Assembly (NCBI GenBank): GCA_039630415.1
Contig: JBCNVB010000013.1
Span: 34,079-98,078, forward strand
DNA: 64,000 bases
Reading direction: 5' to 3'
From: a bacterium
GTDB taxonomy: Bacteria; DRYD01
The notes under the pieces are model-generated. The model was given only the letters and a program-made list of their open reading frames with translations, was not told the DNA's origin and did not search any database. How positions within the stretch are numbered: position 1 is the stretch's first letter; every line of letters starts with the position of its first letter. Of the stretch, positions 9,890-18,523 are shown piece after piece. Both the position numbers and the translations under genes were made by a program.

Positions 9890-10102
9890 ATGAAAAGAAA
9901 ACAAAAAAAAACAAGAAATTTCCAAGATAGATTTCTCAATTCTCTAAGAGGGGATGATGTAAAGGTAAAAGTAGAAACTACTACCTCAAAAATATATGTT
10001 GGTAAACTAATTTCTTTTGACCAGAATGTGGTTATATTGGAAACTGAAGAAGGGCAAGTAATGCTTTATAAGAGGGCTTTATGCTCGGTGGGAAAGGTGT
10101 AA
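9890..10102 (+). CDS. hfq: Hfq-like Sm protein, divergent; true start may be 9856 via a frameshift
   Basis: QDRFLNSLR, G.L.SFD and YKRA (for YKHA) align residue by residue with Hfq. Confidence 0.8.
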   Translation: MKRKQKKTRNFQDRFLNSLRGDDVKVKVETTTSKIYVGKLISFDQNVVILETEEGQVMLYKRALCSVGKV

Positions 10103-10106
10103 TTTA

Positions 10107-11522
10107 ATGTATATACCCCATAAACAACATGAGGTAGAAAAAATAAAAAATGAACTGAAAATAAAAGAGATAAATGATATATTTGAGCAGATTACTGGTA
10201 AGAATAAATTCTTTGAGCCTAATGAATTGGGTGAACCACTATCGCAACAGAGCTTAATTAATTTTTTCGATAAACTAGCATCAAAAATTGAAGACTATGA
10301 GTATCTAGTTGGAGCAGGAGCTTACGATTATTTTATACCCCCTATTGTCGAATCTCTAATCAGAGCTGAATTTGTTACTTCATATACACCATACCAACCC
10401 GAAGTCTCACAAGGTACTTTGAAAGCACTATGGGATTTCCAATCAGCTATTTGCGAAATATTTAACCAAGAGGTATGCAATTCTTCACACTATGATACTG
10501 CAACGGCTACCGCTGAAGCCGTACTAATGGCCAAAAGAATATATCACAAAAAAAAACCTAACGCTAATACTTATATAGTAGCTAATTCAGTTCATCCAAC
10601 TTATCAAAATGTCCTAAAAACATATACACAACCGCTAGGTATTCAACCGAAATACTTGGAGTTTAACCAATATGGTAAAATTGACATAGATGCATTGTCA
10701 AGTATAATAGACGATGATGTATTTGCAATTGTTATTCAAAGCCCTAACTTCTTCGGAGTTATCGAAAATAATATACCAAAATTAAAGGATATTGCTCAGG
10801 ATAGGTTAGTTATTTTGGTAGTTAGTAACCCTTTCTTTTACTTTTTGCAAGATCCTCCACAAGTAGATATCGTAGTTTCTAATTTACAACCGTTTGGAAT
10901 ACCTCTAAGTTTTGGAGGACCTTATCTTGCAACTATAGCAACCTCTCTCAAAAATATAAGAGAAATGCCAGGAAGAATAATAGGTAAGACAATAGATAAA
11001 GACGGTAAAGAAGCTTACACTATGATTTTACAAACAAGAGAACAGCATATAAAAAGAGAAAAAGCTACGAGTAATATATGTACTAATCAAACTCTAATGG
11101 CTATCAGAAATATCATATATCTTATGGCTATGGGTAAATCAAATTTGATAAAAGTAGCACAGAAGAGTTATACTAATATAAGACATTTGTCTCGAAATAT
11201 TGAACAAATCGGCTCTATAAAGGTATTATTTAATGATGTTTTCAATGAGACTCTACTCTATGTACCAAATTATCATCAAATATATAAACATTTGAAAAAA
11301 AACCACAAAATAATATTTGGTATTTCTCTAAATAAATTCAAATTGAGTGTATCTTTTATGTCCAACCTAAGAAAATATTTCGATTACGAATTGTCTAATT
11401 TAGTTTTAGTATGTACTACTGAGAAAATTTCAAAACAAAAAATTGATCAAATTGTTTCTTATATTTCTGAGTTTGATGTGATCAAGAATGGAGCAGTACC
11501 TAAAGGGACTTACTCTAGATGA
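10107..11522 (+). CDS. gcvPA: Glycine cleavage system P protein, subunit 1
   Basis: EF.TSYTPYQPEVSQG, QSPNFFG, SFGGP, MPGRIIG, LQTREQHI.REKATSNICTN. Confidence 0.93.
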   Translation: MYIPHKQHEVEKIKNELKIKEINDIFEQITGKNKFFEPNELGEPLSQQSLINFFDKLASKIEDYEYLVGAGAYDYFIPPIVESLIRAEFVTSYTPYQPEVSQGTLKALWDFQSAICEIFNQEVCNSSHYDTATATAEAVLMAKRIYHKKKPNANTYIVANSVHPTYQNVLKTYTQPLGIQPKYLEFNQYGKIDIDALSSIIDDDVFAIVIQSPNFFGVIENNIPKLKDIAQDRLVILVVSNPFFYFLQDPPQVDIVVSNLQPFGIPLSFGGPYLATIATSLKNIREMPGRIIGKTIDKDGKEAYTMILQTREQHIKREKATSNICTNQTLMAIRNIIYLMAMGKSNLIKVAQKSYTNIRHLSRNIEQIGSIKVLFNDVFNETLLYVPNYHQIYKHLKKNHKIIFGISLNKFKLSVSFMSNLRKYFDYELSNLVLVCTTEKISKQKIDQIVSYISEFDVIKNGAVPKGTYSR

Positions 11523-12567
11523 GTTAGATAAAATAATCTGTAGGATACTTGGTACAGAGCAAAGCTCGAAACCTAATTTTAGAACCCTTCAATTGTTAAA
11601 GTGGATATATTCTAAGTATCAAGATGATCCTTGTTTGTTTACCGATCTTTCTAAAGATTTAAGGCAAAAAATAGCTCAAAATTTTAAGCTAAGATCTTTA
11701 GAACTTGTTGAATACCAGAATTCAAAGATTTCTGAATCTATTAAGTTTGCGTATAAAACTTTTGATGGTGAGATAGTTGAAAGTGTTTTAATGAAGCATC
11801 CTGACAGATATACCCTTTGTATATCATCTCAGGTTGGATGTAATGTAGGATGTATTTTCTGTGCATCTGGTGCTATGGGACTTAAGAGAAATTTACATGT
11901 TCATGAAATAGTTGAACAGTTCTTTTTATCTCAAAAATTTATTTATGAAAAAGAAGGTAAGAGAATATCTAATATTGTTTTTATGGGTATGGGTGAACCT
12001 TTGATTAATTATCACAATGTAGTTAAAGCTATTGTGATTTTCAACTCACCCTGGGGATTCAATATTAGTAAGAGAAACATAACTTTATCTACCTCTGGTA
12101 TAGAAAAAAGGATATATGATCTGGTAAGAGATGGTGTAAGAGTAAAATTGGCTTTGTCATTACACTCTCCTTTCCAAGAGCAAAGGGAAAAACTAATACC
12201 TACAGCTAAAAAGTATGACATTAATTCTCTTTTAAAAGCCGTAGAAAATTACTATCAAAACACAAAAAAGAGAATTACAATTGAATACATACTCTTGAAA
12301 GATATTAATGATACAGTTGAGCATGCGAAAAAACTTGTAAGTTTACTCAAGCAGTACTCTATGAAAGTTTTAATAAATCTGATACCCTATAATAGTATTG
12401 GTAATGTATATTTTGAGGATAAGCTTTTAGAAGAACCTGATATTAGTAGAATTCAAAGATTCCAAAATATTATCAAGGAGCATTTTGAGGTTAGTGTGAG
12501 ATGGAGTTTAGGTAGAGACATAGATGCTGCCTGTGGACAACTGAGAAGAAAAATACTATCTTGCTAA
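11488..12567 (+). CDS. rlmN: 23S rRNA/tRNA A2503 C2-methyltransferase (radical SAM)
   Basis: CISSQVGCNVGCIFC, MGMGEP, SLH, DIDAACGQL. Confidence 0.95.
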   Translation: MEQYLKGLTLDELDKIICRILGTEQSSKPNFRTLQLLKWIYSKYQDDPCLFTDLSKDLRQKIAQNFKLRSLELVEYQNSKISESIKFAYKTFDGEIVESVLMKHPDRYTLCISSQVGCNVGCIFCASGAMGLKRNLHVHEIVEQFFLSQKFIYEKEGKRISNIVFMGMGEPLINYHNVVKAIVIFNSPWGFNISKRNITLSTSGIEKRIYDLVRDGVRVKLALSLHSPFQEQREKLIPTAKKYDINSLLKAVENYYQNTKKRITIEYILLKDINDTVEHAKKLVSLLKQYSMKVLINLIPYNSIGNVYFEDKLLEEPDISRIQRFQNIIKEHFEVSVRWSLGRDIDAACGQLRRKILSC

Positions 12568-13868
12568 AATATACCTACTCCGTATATTTCGTTTATATTT
12601 GTTAACCCGGGTGGTATTTTTATTGTTAAATTGGTGTTTTTGGGATTTTCAAAAAATACCCCACTTTTATAGCTTTCTAAATACTTCTCTATTTTGTCTA
12701 ATTTTATATCCAATTTGTTTGAAACTATGCAACCTGAGTTTGTGGTATTTCCATCTATTCCGTCCGTTGCTATTGCAAAAAAAATTATTTCTTTATTAGT
12801 TGGTATATTTTTTATTTCCCTAAGTACTTGTAAAGATAGATGTTGTAATCTTCCTCCATATCCTTCTTTGTCTACTTGTAAACTAGTTTCTCCTCCAAAT
12901 ATGTAGCATATTCCGGTCTTGTTTATATTAGTAAGTATGTTGGATTTGATAAGATTCAATAAATCTTGGTTTTTAAGGTTTAGATGTGAGCATACTGGTA
13001 AAGCATTTATTCCGTTTGTTTGTAATAAATTTTCTACTTGTAAAACTGCAAATGTATTATCAGAGATGATGTAGTGAAATACTTGATCTAAATTTTTATT
13101 TTGTTCCTGGATTTTGTTATATATTTCAAAATTTTCTCTCATCGTTGTATGTATATTGTAGTGATCTATAATAGGTTTGAGGATTTGTGAGATTTCGTAG
13201 ATTTCATCGTTGGAGAATTGCTTGAGAAACGTTATGCCTGAACCTATGGTTGATAAGTCATTTAGAGGTACATCTGAGATGATAAGTGATATAACTTGAC
13301 TATTGGGTATATATTGAAGAAGTTTACCAGACTTTACTCTTGAAAAAAATCTTCTGATCGTATTGATTTGGTAAATGTTTAGGTTTTGATGAAGAATATA
13401 TTTATAGATTTCTATACATAGCTCTGGTTTGATGATTGGGTATTCAAACATACTACTTGCTCCACCACTTATCAAAAATATTATCGTTGTTTTGTTTGAA
13501 TCTATTTGCTTCAAAAGGTCCAAGATTTGGACTGTATTGTTAATTGATTCAACTGATAGGTATGGGTGTGATGAGAAAAGGATTTTATTTGAGTGATTTT
13601 CAAAGGTATATTTTTTATCTGTTACCATGATGCAATCTTGAATGTTTATGTTTTTTTGTTTGGCTTTAGAAATAATAGCATTTAAAAATCTAATAGCTAC
13701 CTTACCTATTGATATTATGTATATCTTATCCCTTATGTTTATTGTATTGCTATTGATTTTTAAGATGTTTGGTTTGTCAAAGTCAATGAGGTTTTGGATT
13801 ACTGTAGTTATGTCTATTTTGTTTGGTAAATAGTTTTGGAGGATGTGTCTAATTTTTTGTATAATCAT
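12564..13868 (-). CDS. Glycerate 2-kinase, DUF4147/MOFRL family
   Basis: [50 protein letters not shown]. Confidence 0.85.
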   Translation of the reverse strand: MIIQKIRHILQNYLPNKIDITTVIQNLIDFDKPNILKINSNTINIRDKIYIISIGKVAIRFLNAIISKAKQKNINIQDCIMVTDKKYTFENHSNKILFSSHPYLSVESINNTVQILDLLKQIDSNKTTIIFLISGGASSMFEYPIIKPELCIEIYKYILHQNLNIYQINTIRRFFSRVKSGKLLQYIPNSQVISLIISDVPLNDLSTIGSGITFLKQFSNDEIYEISQILKPIIDHYNIHTTMRENFEIYNKIQEQNKNLDQVFHYIISDNTFAVLQVENLLQTNGINALPVCSHLNLKNQDLLNLIKSNILTNINKTGICYIFGGETSLQVDKEGYGGRLQHLSLQVLREIKNIPTNKEIIFFAIATDGIDGNTTNSGCIVSNKLDIKLDKIEKYLESYKSGVFFENPKNTNLTIKIPPGLTNINEIYGVGIF

Positions 13869-14296
13869 TTGCTTGATTTTGAAAGTAGTTCTTTTTTATG
13901 TCTTAAAAGGAATTTAATTAATTCTTTGGTATACTTATTTAACTCGATTGAATTTATCTGATTTAATTTAAGTAGTTTATACTCGGATATTTCACTATTT
14001 AGTTTGATGTTTGATATGTTATCTACTTTGACTAGGTAATTAAAGAGGATCATGTGTATAGGTTTGTAGAATTCTGGGTCAAAGATGGATTCGAAGAAAG
14101 TCAGGTAGAAACAATTCTTGGGTTGTATATTCAAATTAGTTTCTTCTTTTATTTCTCTGATCAATGCTTTTATTAGAGTTTCACCTTGTTTTATTTTTCC
14201 GCCAGGTATTCCCCACTTACCATTCCACTTATTGGTTCTAACAAATAGGAAGTAATCATCGTATTTTATTAAACCACCTACTGTAACTACTATCAT
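13865..14296 (-). CDS. NUDIX hydrolase
   Basis: Nudix box [25 protein letters not shown]. Confidence 0.9.
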   Translation of the reverse strand: MIVVTVGGLIKYDDYFLFVRTNKWNGKWGIPGGKIKQGETLIKALIREIKEETNLNIQPKNCFYLTFFESIFDPEFYKPIHMILFNYLVKVDNISNIKLNSEISEYKLLKLNQINSIELNKYTKELIKFLLRHKKELLSKSSK

Positions 14297-15258
14297 CTCA
14301 GATACATCGTATAGTAGAGCACTAATCCTACTATTATCGTAAGTTGTATTAAAACAAATATGGCTATTAGGATTAAGACTTTATTGGTTAGAATTGAATG
14401 TATAGGAAAGTGTTTTGTTGTTATTTGTTCATAATTAGTTTCGCTTTTTAGGATGCTGGCTAGTTTTTTTTCAAATTCTTTAAATGTTTTTATTCTTTCG
14501 TTAGGATTAGAATTTAAAGATTTTTCAAGTAGAGAACTTATTTGTGGGGGTATGGTGGGGTTTACTGAGGATGCTGGAGGGAAGAAGAAGGGATCTTCTC
14601 TAAGATAAGGACTAAGCTTTGTTAAGTATTCATATACTATTGAAGCTACTATGTATATGTATGAATACTCTCCTATGCTTGACTTATCGTCATCCAACAT
14701 TTCTGGAGGTATGTAACCTATTGTACCTACGTATTTTTCTTCTATTCCTTTCTCTGTTACCATCGCAGGTATTTTAGAAATGGCTAAGCTTTGAATCTTT
14801 ACTATTCCTTGTTTATCTATAACAATATTATCCGGCCTAAGGTCTACTAGATGAATTATGTTTCTTTCGTGTAAATTTCTAACTATTTCTAAAAGTTGTA
14901 AAGCTAGTTTTATCGCTTTTATATGATTAGTTTTTGATGAGTGTATTATATCGCTAAGAAGAGTACCGTTTATTTCTTCACATATAACCATTAGATATTG
15001 TTTTTCAATAAAATAGTCTACTATTTTCCCAATTTTTTCGTACACTATTTTAGATAGTGATGAGAGAAATTGATAGAGATTAGATAAGTAGTTTTGGGAT
15101 GTATTGTATTCGGATATACTTATTTGATAAAGAATCCAACTAGAGCCTATAAATCTTATGTCTTCTACTCTGTAAGCTATGTAGTCTACTTCTATTTTGT
15201 AGGTATTAGTTATTTTGTATCTATTGTTTAGGATAGTTCCGGCTAGGATTTTTTGCAT
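14293..15258 (-). CDS. Hanks-type Ser/Thr kinase-like protein with C-terminal TM; probable pseudokinase
   Basis: G..LNNRYKI, DLRPDNI and GTIGYIPPE are present. The Gly loop, the VAIK lysine and DFG are absent. Confidence 0.8.
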   Translation of the reverse strand: MQKILAGTILNNRYKITNTYKIEVDYIAYRVEDIRFIGSSWILYQISISEYNTSQNYLSNLYQFLSSLSKIVYEKIGKIVDYFIEKQYLMVICEEINGTLLSDIIHSSKTNHIKAIKLALQLLEIVRNLHERNIIHLVDLRPDNIVIDKQGIVKIQSLAISKIPAMVTEKGIEEKYVGTIGYIPPEMLDDDKSSIGEYSYIYIVASIVYEYLTKLSPYLREDPFFFPPASSVNPTIPPQISSLLEKSLNSNPNERIKTFKEFEKKLASILKSETNYEQITTKHFPIHSILTNKVLILIAIFVLIQLTIIVGLVLYYTMYLR

Positions 15259-15314
15259 TGTGGTTTAATCGGGGTGGTTGCGTGTGTAGATTGGTCTGGT
15301 GATGATGAGTGATA

Positions 15315-15388
15315 TGGCTGGCGGGGAAGGATTCGAACCCTCGCCACGGGATCCAAAGTCCCATGTCCTACCACTAGACGACCCGCCA
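15315..15388 (-). tRNA. tRNA-Gln(TTG)
   Basis: Reverse complement TGGCGGG-TC-GTCTAGTGGTAGGAC-A-TGGGA CTTTGGA TCCCG...GAGGGTTCGAATCCTTC-CCCGCCA-G-CCA forms a full cloverleaf with encoded CCA. Confidence 0.96.
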
Positions 15389-15427
15389 ACCTTAGTTATA
15401 TATTACTACATACACTATCGCTATCCT

Positions 15428-15931
15428 TTATTCGCTCTTGCTTTGATCTACTATCTTTTCAATTATATACTCTATCTCAAACCCACTATTTTTTATCTCT
15501 TGGTATATATATTCATGATCTTCTAATGATTGTTTAATGTTTGTAAGATTTTTTACCAATTCAAAAACTTCTACTTCTAGTTGACCAATTTCTTTAAGAT
15601 CTTCCTCTACTTTTTCATTTTGAGATAGCTTATGTTCGATTTTCGTGAGTTTTTCTATTATTTGATTTAATTTATCGTTTATTATCTGAACTTGTGATTC
15701 TATTTTTGGAAGTATGAAATTTTTCGTTTTTGATGATTTTATTGTTATTTGTATTTCTTCTATCCAATTTTTTACTGCTATTATAGCTTCATCTATTTTG
15801 TTCTTATTTACCAGAGTTAGTAATTGATTAAAAAAGGGTGTATTTTCTGGATTTGAAAAATCGTATGAATTTTGACAATTATAACACTTATTACCTTCAA
15901 ATATTTCTAAGCATACAATACATCTATTCAT
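15428..15931 (-). CDS. Hypothetical protein with N-terminal zinc ribbon and helical/coiled-coil body
   Basis: CIVC...CYNC. Confidence 0.65.
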   Translation of the reverse strand: MNRCIVCLEIFEGNKCYNCQNSYDFSNPENTPFFNQLLTLVNKNKIDEAIIAVKNWIEEIQITIKSSKTKNFILPKIESQVQIINDKLNQIIEKLTKIEHKLSQNEKVEEDLKEIGQLEVEVFELVKNLTNIKQSLEDHEYIYQEIKNSGFEIEYIIEKIVDQSKSE

Positions 15932-15950
15932 TGTTTAAAGTACCAAATTA

Positions 15951-16403
15951 CTAACTAATTCTTCCAAATGAAGATTGTATATTGTTGTTATATTGACTAA
16001 TATAGTTTTGTTGTTGGTTAGATAGTATTTTGATGAAATCTAGAATAGTTATAGGACTATCTTTTTGATCACCTTCTTCACCTGTTACAAAGGTAGTTGC
16101 TCTATCTTTTATTATATCTGGTAATCTTGGTATTTCATCCATAACATCGGGTCTATCTCCCATTTCATGTGTTGCTAGTGTTTGTGCAATTACTTTATCT
16201 TGTTGTATATTTATGGATGTATCTCCTGCTTCTAGTGAGGCTAGTGTTTGTACTTTGGGACCATCATGATTTTGTACTATACCTTCTTCCGCGGTTCCAA
16301 CTGTAATCAGAGGATTTTTATCTCCGTATCTTTTTTGATGGCTCTCTATTACATCTTGTAATGTTGGTGGTTTAGATTGAATATTTGAATTTCTTATTTC
16401 CAC
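15951..16403 (-). CDS. Putative multicore graspetide (plesiocin-like, TTxxxxEE) precursor
   Basis: Four xTxxxxEx-G(D) cores. SD AGAGGGGGTG lies before the GTG start. Confidence 0.55.
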   Translation of the reverse strand: MEIRNSNIQSKPPTLQDVIESHQKRYGDKNPLITVGTAEEGIVQNHDGPKVQTLASLEAGDTSINIQQDKVIAQTLATHEMGDRPDVMDEIPRLPDIIKDRATTFVTGEEGDQKDSPITILDFIKILSNQQQNYISQYNNNIQSSFGRIS

Positions 16404-16472
16404 AGAGCTTCACCCCCTCTTTAAGTTATAATGTTCATTTTTGTATTTTAATTCAATATCTTAAGCCAATTT

Positions 16473-16489
16473 TTTACATTTTTTTTACA
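16473..16489 (-). promoter_or_regulatory. Direct-repeat box TGTAAA-AAAAA-TGTAAA upstream of the putative graspetide precursor
   Basis: Plus strand reads TTTACATTTTTTTTACA. It overlaps the holA stop codon. Confidence 0.55.
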
Positions 16490-17546
16490 CAGATAGAATG
16501 GAATAAACTTCTTGAGTGTAACTGCTTCTTCCCATTTTTATCCTTATTTCTGAATCCAAAAGCATGGCTACCAACTTACTTGTTGAATAATTTTTATGCT
16601 TTATTAAATAGTCTAACTTTCTGACGAATTTCATTAACATACTTACCCTGTAATGATTCATATTCAGCTTATTAGCTATATGCTTTATGTTTTCCCCAAC
16701 TTTGTTATATTCATCATGTATTTTTATGATTGAAACTATTTGGGAATATACTAAACCCCATAGCTTTTCAATTTCTCCATTCATCTCTATTTCATCGAGA
16801 TAGTTTTTTAAAAGTTTATACTCTTTTGATATTTTAGGAATATTCTCTATTTCATCTAACTTTGACTCGAATAAAATCTCTAGAAAAAGATTAACTACGT
16901 TAAACATGTTTATTTCGCTGTATTGAGATATATAAAAAGAAATTGCCTCCTGATCTAGTTCATGTTGAATCTTATCTATTCTACTCTCATAGTCTGATAT
17001 TATCTGATCTATTATTTTTTCTGTTAAGATTTCACTTTGTGTTTTGGATAAAACTATTCTAACAAGTTGCGGTATAATAGTTTCAAAAATCTCTGAATTA
17101 CTATCAAAATTGTACTTTTTTATTAAGCATGAAACAAGATGATCTATTTTATCCTCAGATAAATACTGAATTTTATCTATTATTTTGAAGTTTTTCTGTA
17201 TATATTCTGCAACTTTAGGATCTTTAATTGAATTTAAAGTCGGAATAGTAATTATTAAATTACAGCTCTTAGTCCTATCTAACATATCTATTACCTTTTT
17301 GGAATTATTTTTTTCAACCAAGGAGATAAAATTGTCCAATACAAATACCAGATTCTTATGAAACAGGGTTTGCTGACAAAGAATTTCTTCAAGCTGCTTT
17401 AAACTGTGGTTTTGACAATCAACTTTCTTTATAACATCTGCTTTGATAGAATTTACTGTTGAAAAACTCTCTTGTAAAAGTTTTTGTAAAAATTCTCGGT
17501 CTAACTCCGTGATCACAAAATCTCTAGTTAAAATAACATACCTCAT
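16485..17546 (-). CDS. holA: DNA polymerase III delta subunit-like protein, divergent
   Basis: Q.TLF...LVFV, IANKLNMNHYRV and L.D.EIRIKMG resemble the HolA pattern; size fits. Confidence 0.65.
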   Translation of the reverse strand: MRYVILTRDFVITELDREFLQKLLQESFSTVNSIKADVIKKVDCQNHSLKQLEEILCQQTLFHKNLVFVLDNFISLVEKNNSKKVIDMLDRTKSCNLIITIPTLNSIKDPKVAEYIQKNFKIIDKIQYLSEDKIDHLVSCLIKKYNFDSNSEIFETIIPQLVRIVLSKTQSEILTEKIIDQIISDYESRIDKIQHELDQEAISFYISQYSEINMFNVVNLFLEILFESKLDEIENIPKISKEYKLLKNYLDEIEMNGEIEKLWGLVYSQIVSIIKIHDEYNKVGENIKHIANKLNMNHYRVSMLMKFVRKLDYLIKHKNYSTSKLVAMLLDSEIRIKMGRSSYTQEVYSILSV

Positions 17547-18523
17547 ATACGAATTATCAATTGATTTAAAATACAGAAAATCTTTGTGTGCAAATTCTCA
17601 AACATTGAAGCTACCGATCTAAAACAGTTTATACAATCACTACCTGACTTTTCTAGCTCATAATATAAATCCTCTATTAGTGTTGGAGATAAACCTGCAA
17701 TTAGTTCACTTATCAGATTGTATAAAATAATTTTCACATACTCTTTTACCTTCAGATTAATTAAACTACTCTCAAGCAATGTTTGTATAGAGTATTGCTG
17801 TAACTCTGTATACTTTGGGAAAATATTTTTCTTGGATAACTCAATGGCTACTAGTTCCCTTATTTTTCTCATTCCAAAACTAATCGCCAACTTTCTTGAA
17901 AAACCATACTTATTTCTCAACCAAACAATAGTATTTACCTCTCCTATGTAAAAGTTAAAAATCTTGGGATACAGAAAGTAAAAGAAATCCCCGAAATCTA
18001 CTAATTCAAAGTTATACTTCCAATATCCAAAAACATCCCTCAAAAAATTCTTTTGGTTCCTAAAGTAAGGGGATCTAGGATCAATGAAATTTATTAACCT
18101 GATAGTATTAACATTTTTCAACAAATAGTATAAATTTTCAATATCCAAAAAATACGGAATATCGTACTTGATATAGTCTTCATAGACTGAAATTTCATAC
18201 ACCTTTTCAAGGTTGAAAGAAAAGATATATTCCATAATCATGTAAAATATTTCATATTCTTGTATAAGGTTCATATGAACAATCCTTTTAATCAGATAAC
18301 TATTTTTGTTAAAGTTGATGCTCATTGTATCTGGATAATCCAGTATTCTATTAGTTTGCTTTGCTATTAAGTACTGCAAGAAAGAAAAAGGACCAAAATA
18401 ACATATATTTCCATCCCTATCTAGAGTTACATAACAAGGAAAGATAAATTTCCTTATTATCTGCTTTTTATCAACAAATAGGAAAAATATGTTCTGATTA
18501 CCTATTTTGATATAGAGATTCAT
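17543..18523 (-). CDS. Degenerate MreB-like actin-fold protein
   Basis: Collinear similarity to MreB motifs (see findings); the phosphate-loop aspartates are lost. Confidence 0.45.
   Translation of the reverse strand: MNLYIKIGNQNIFFLFVDKKQIIRKFIFPCYVTLDRDGNICYFGPFSFLQYLIAKQTNRILDYPDTMSINFNKNSYLIKRIVHMNLIQEYEIFYMIMEYIFSFNLEKVYEISVYEDYIKYDIPYFLDIENLYYLLKNVNTIRLINFIDPRSPYFRNQKNFLRDVFGYWKYNFELVDFGDFFYFLYPKIFNFYIGEVNTIVWLRNKYGFSRKLAISFGMRKIRELVAIELSKKNIFPKYTELQQYSIQTLLESSLINLKVKEYVKIILYNLISELIAGLSPTLIEDLYYELEKSGSDCINCFRSVASMFENLHTKIFCILNQLIIRI

Noticed and set aside
15299-15526. 75-aa ORF over tRNA-Gln (likewise 51515-51736 over tRNA-Tyr)
   Set aside because: These are antisense translations of tRNA genes (GFEP signature).
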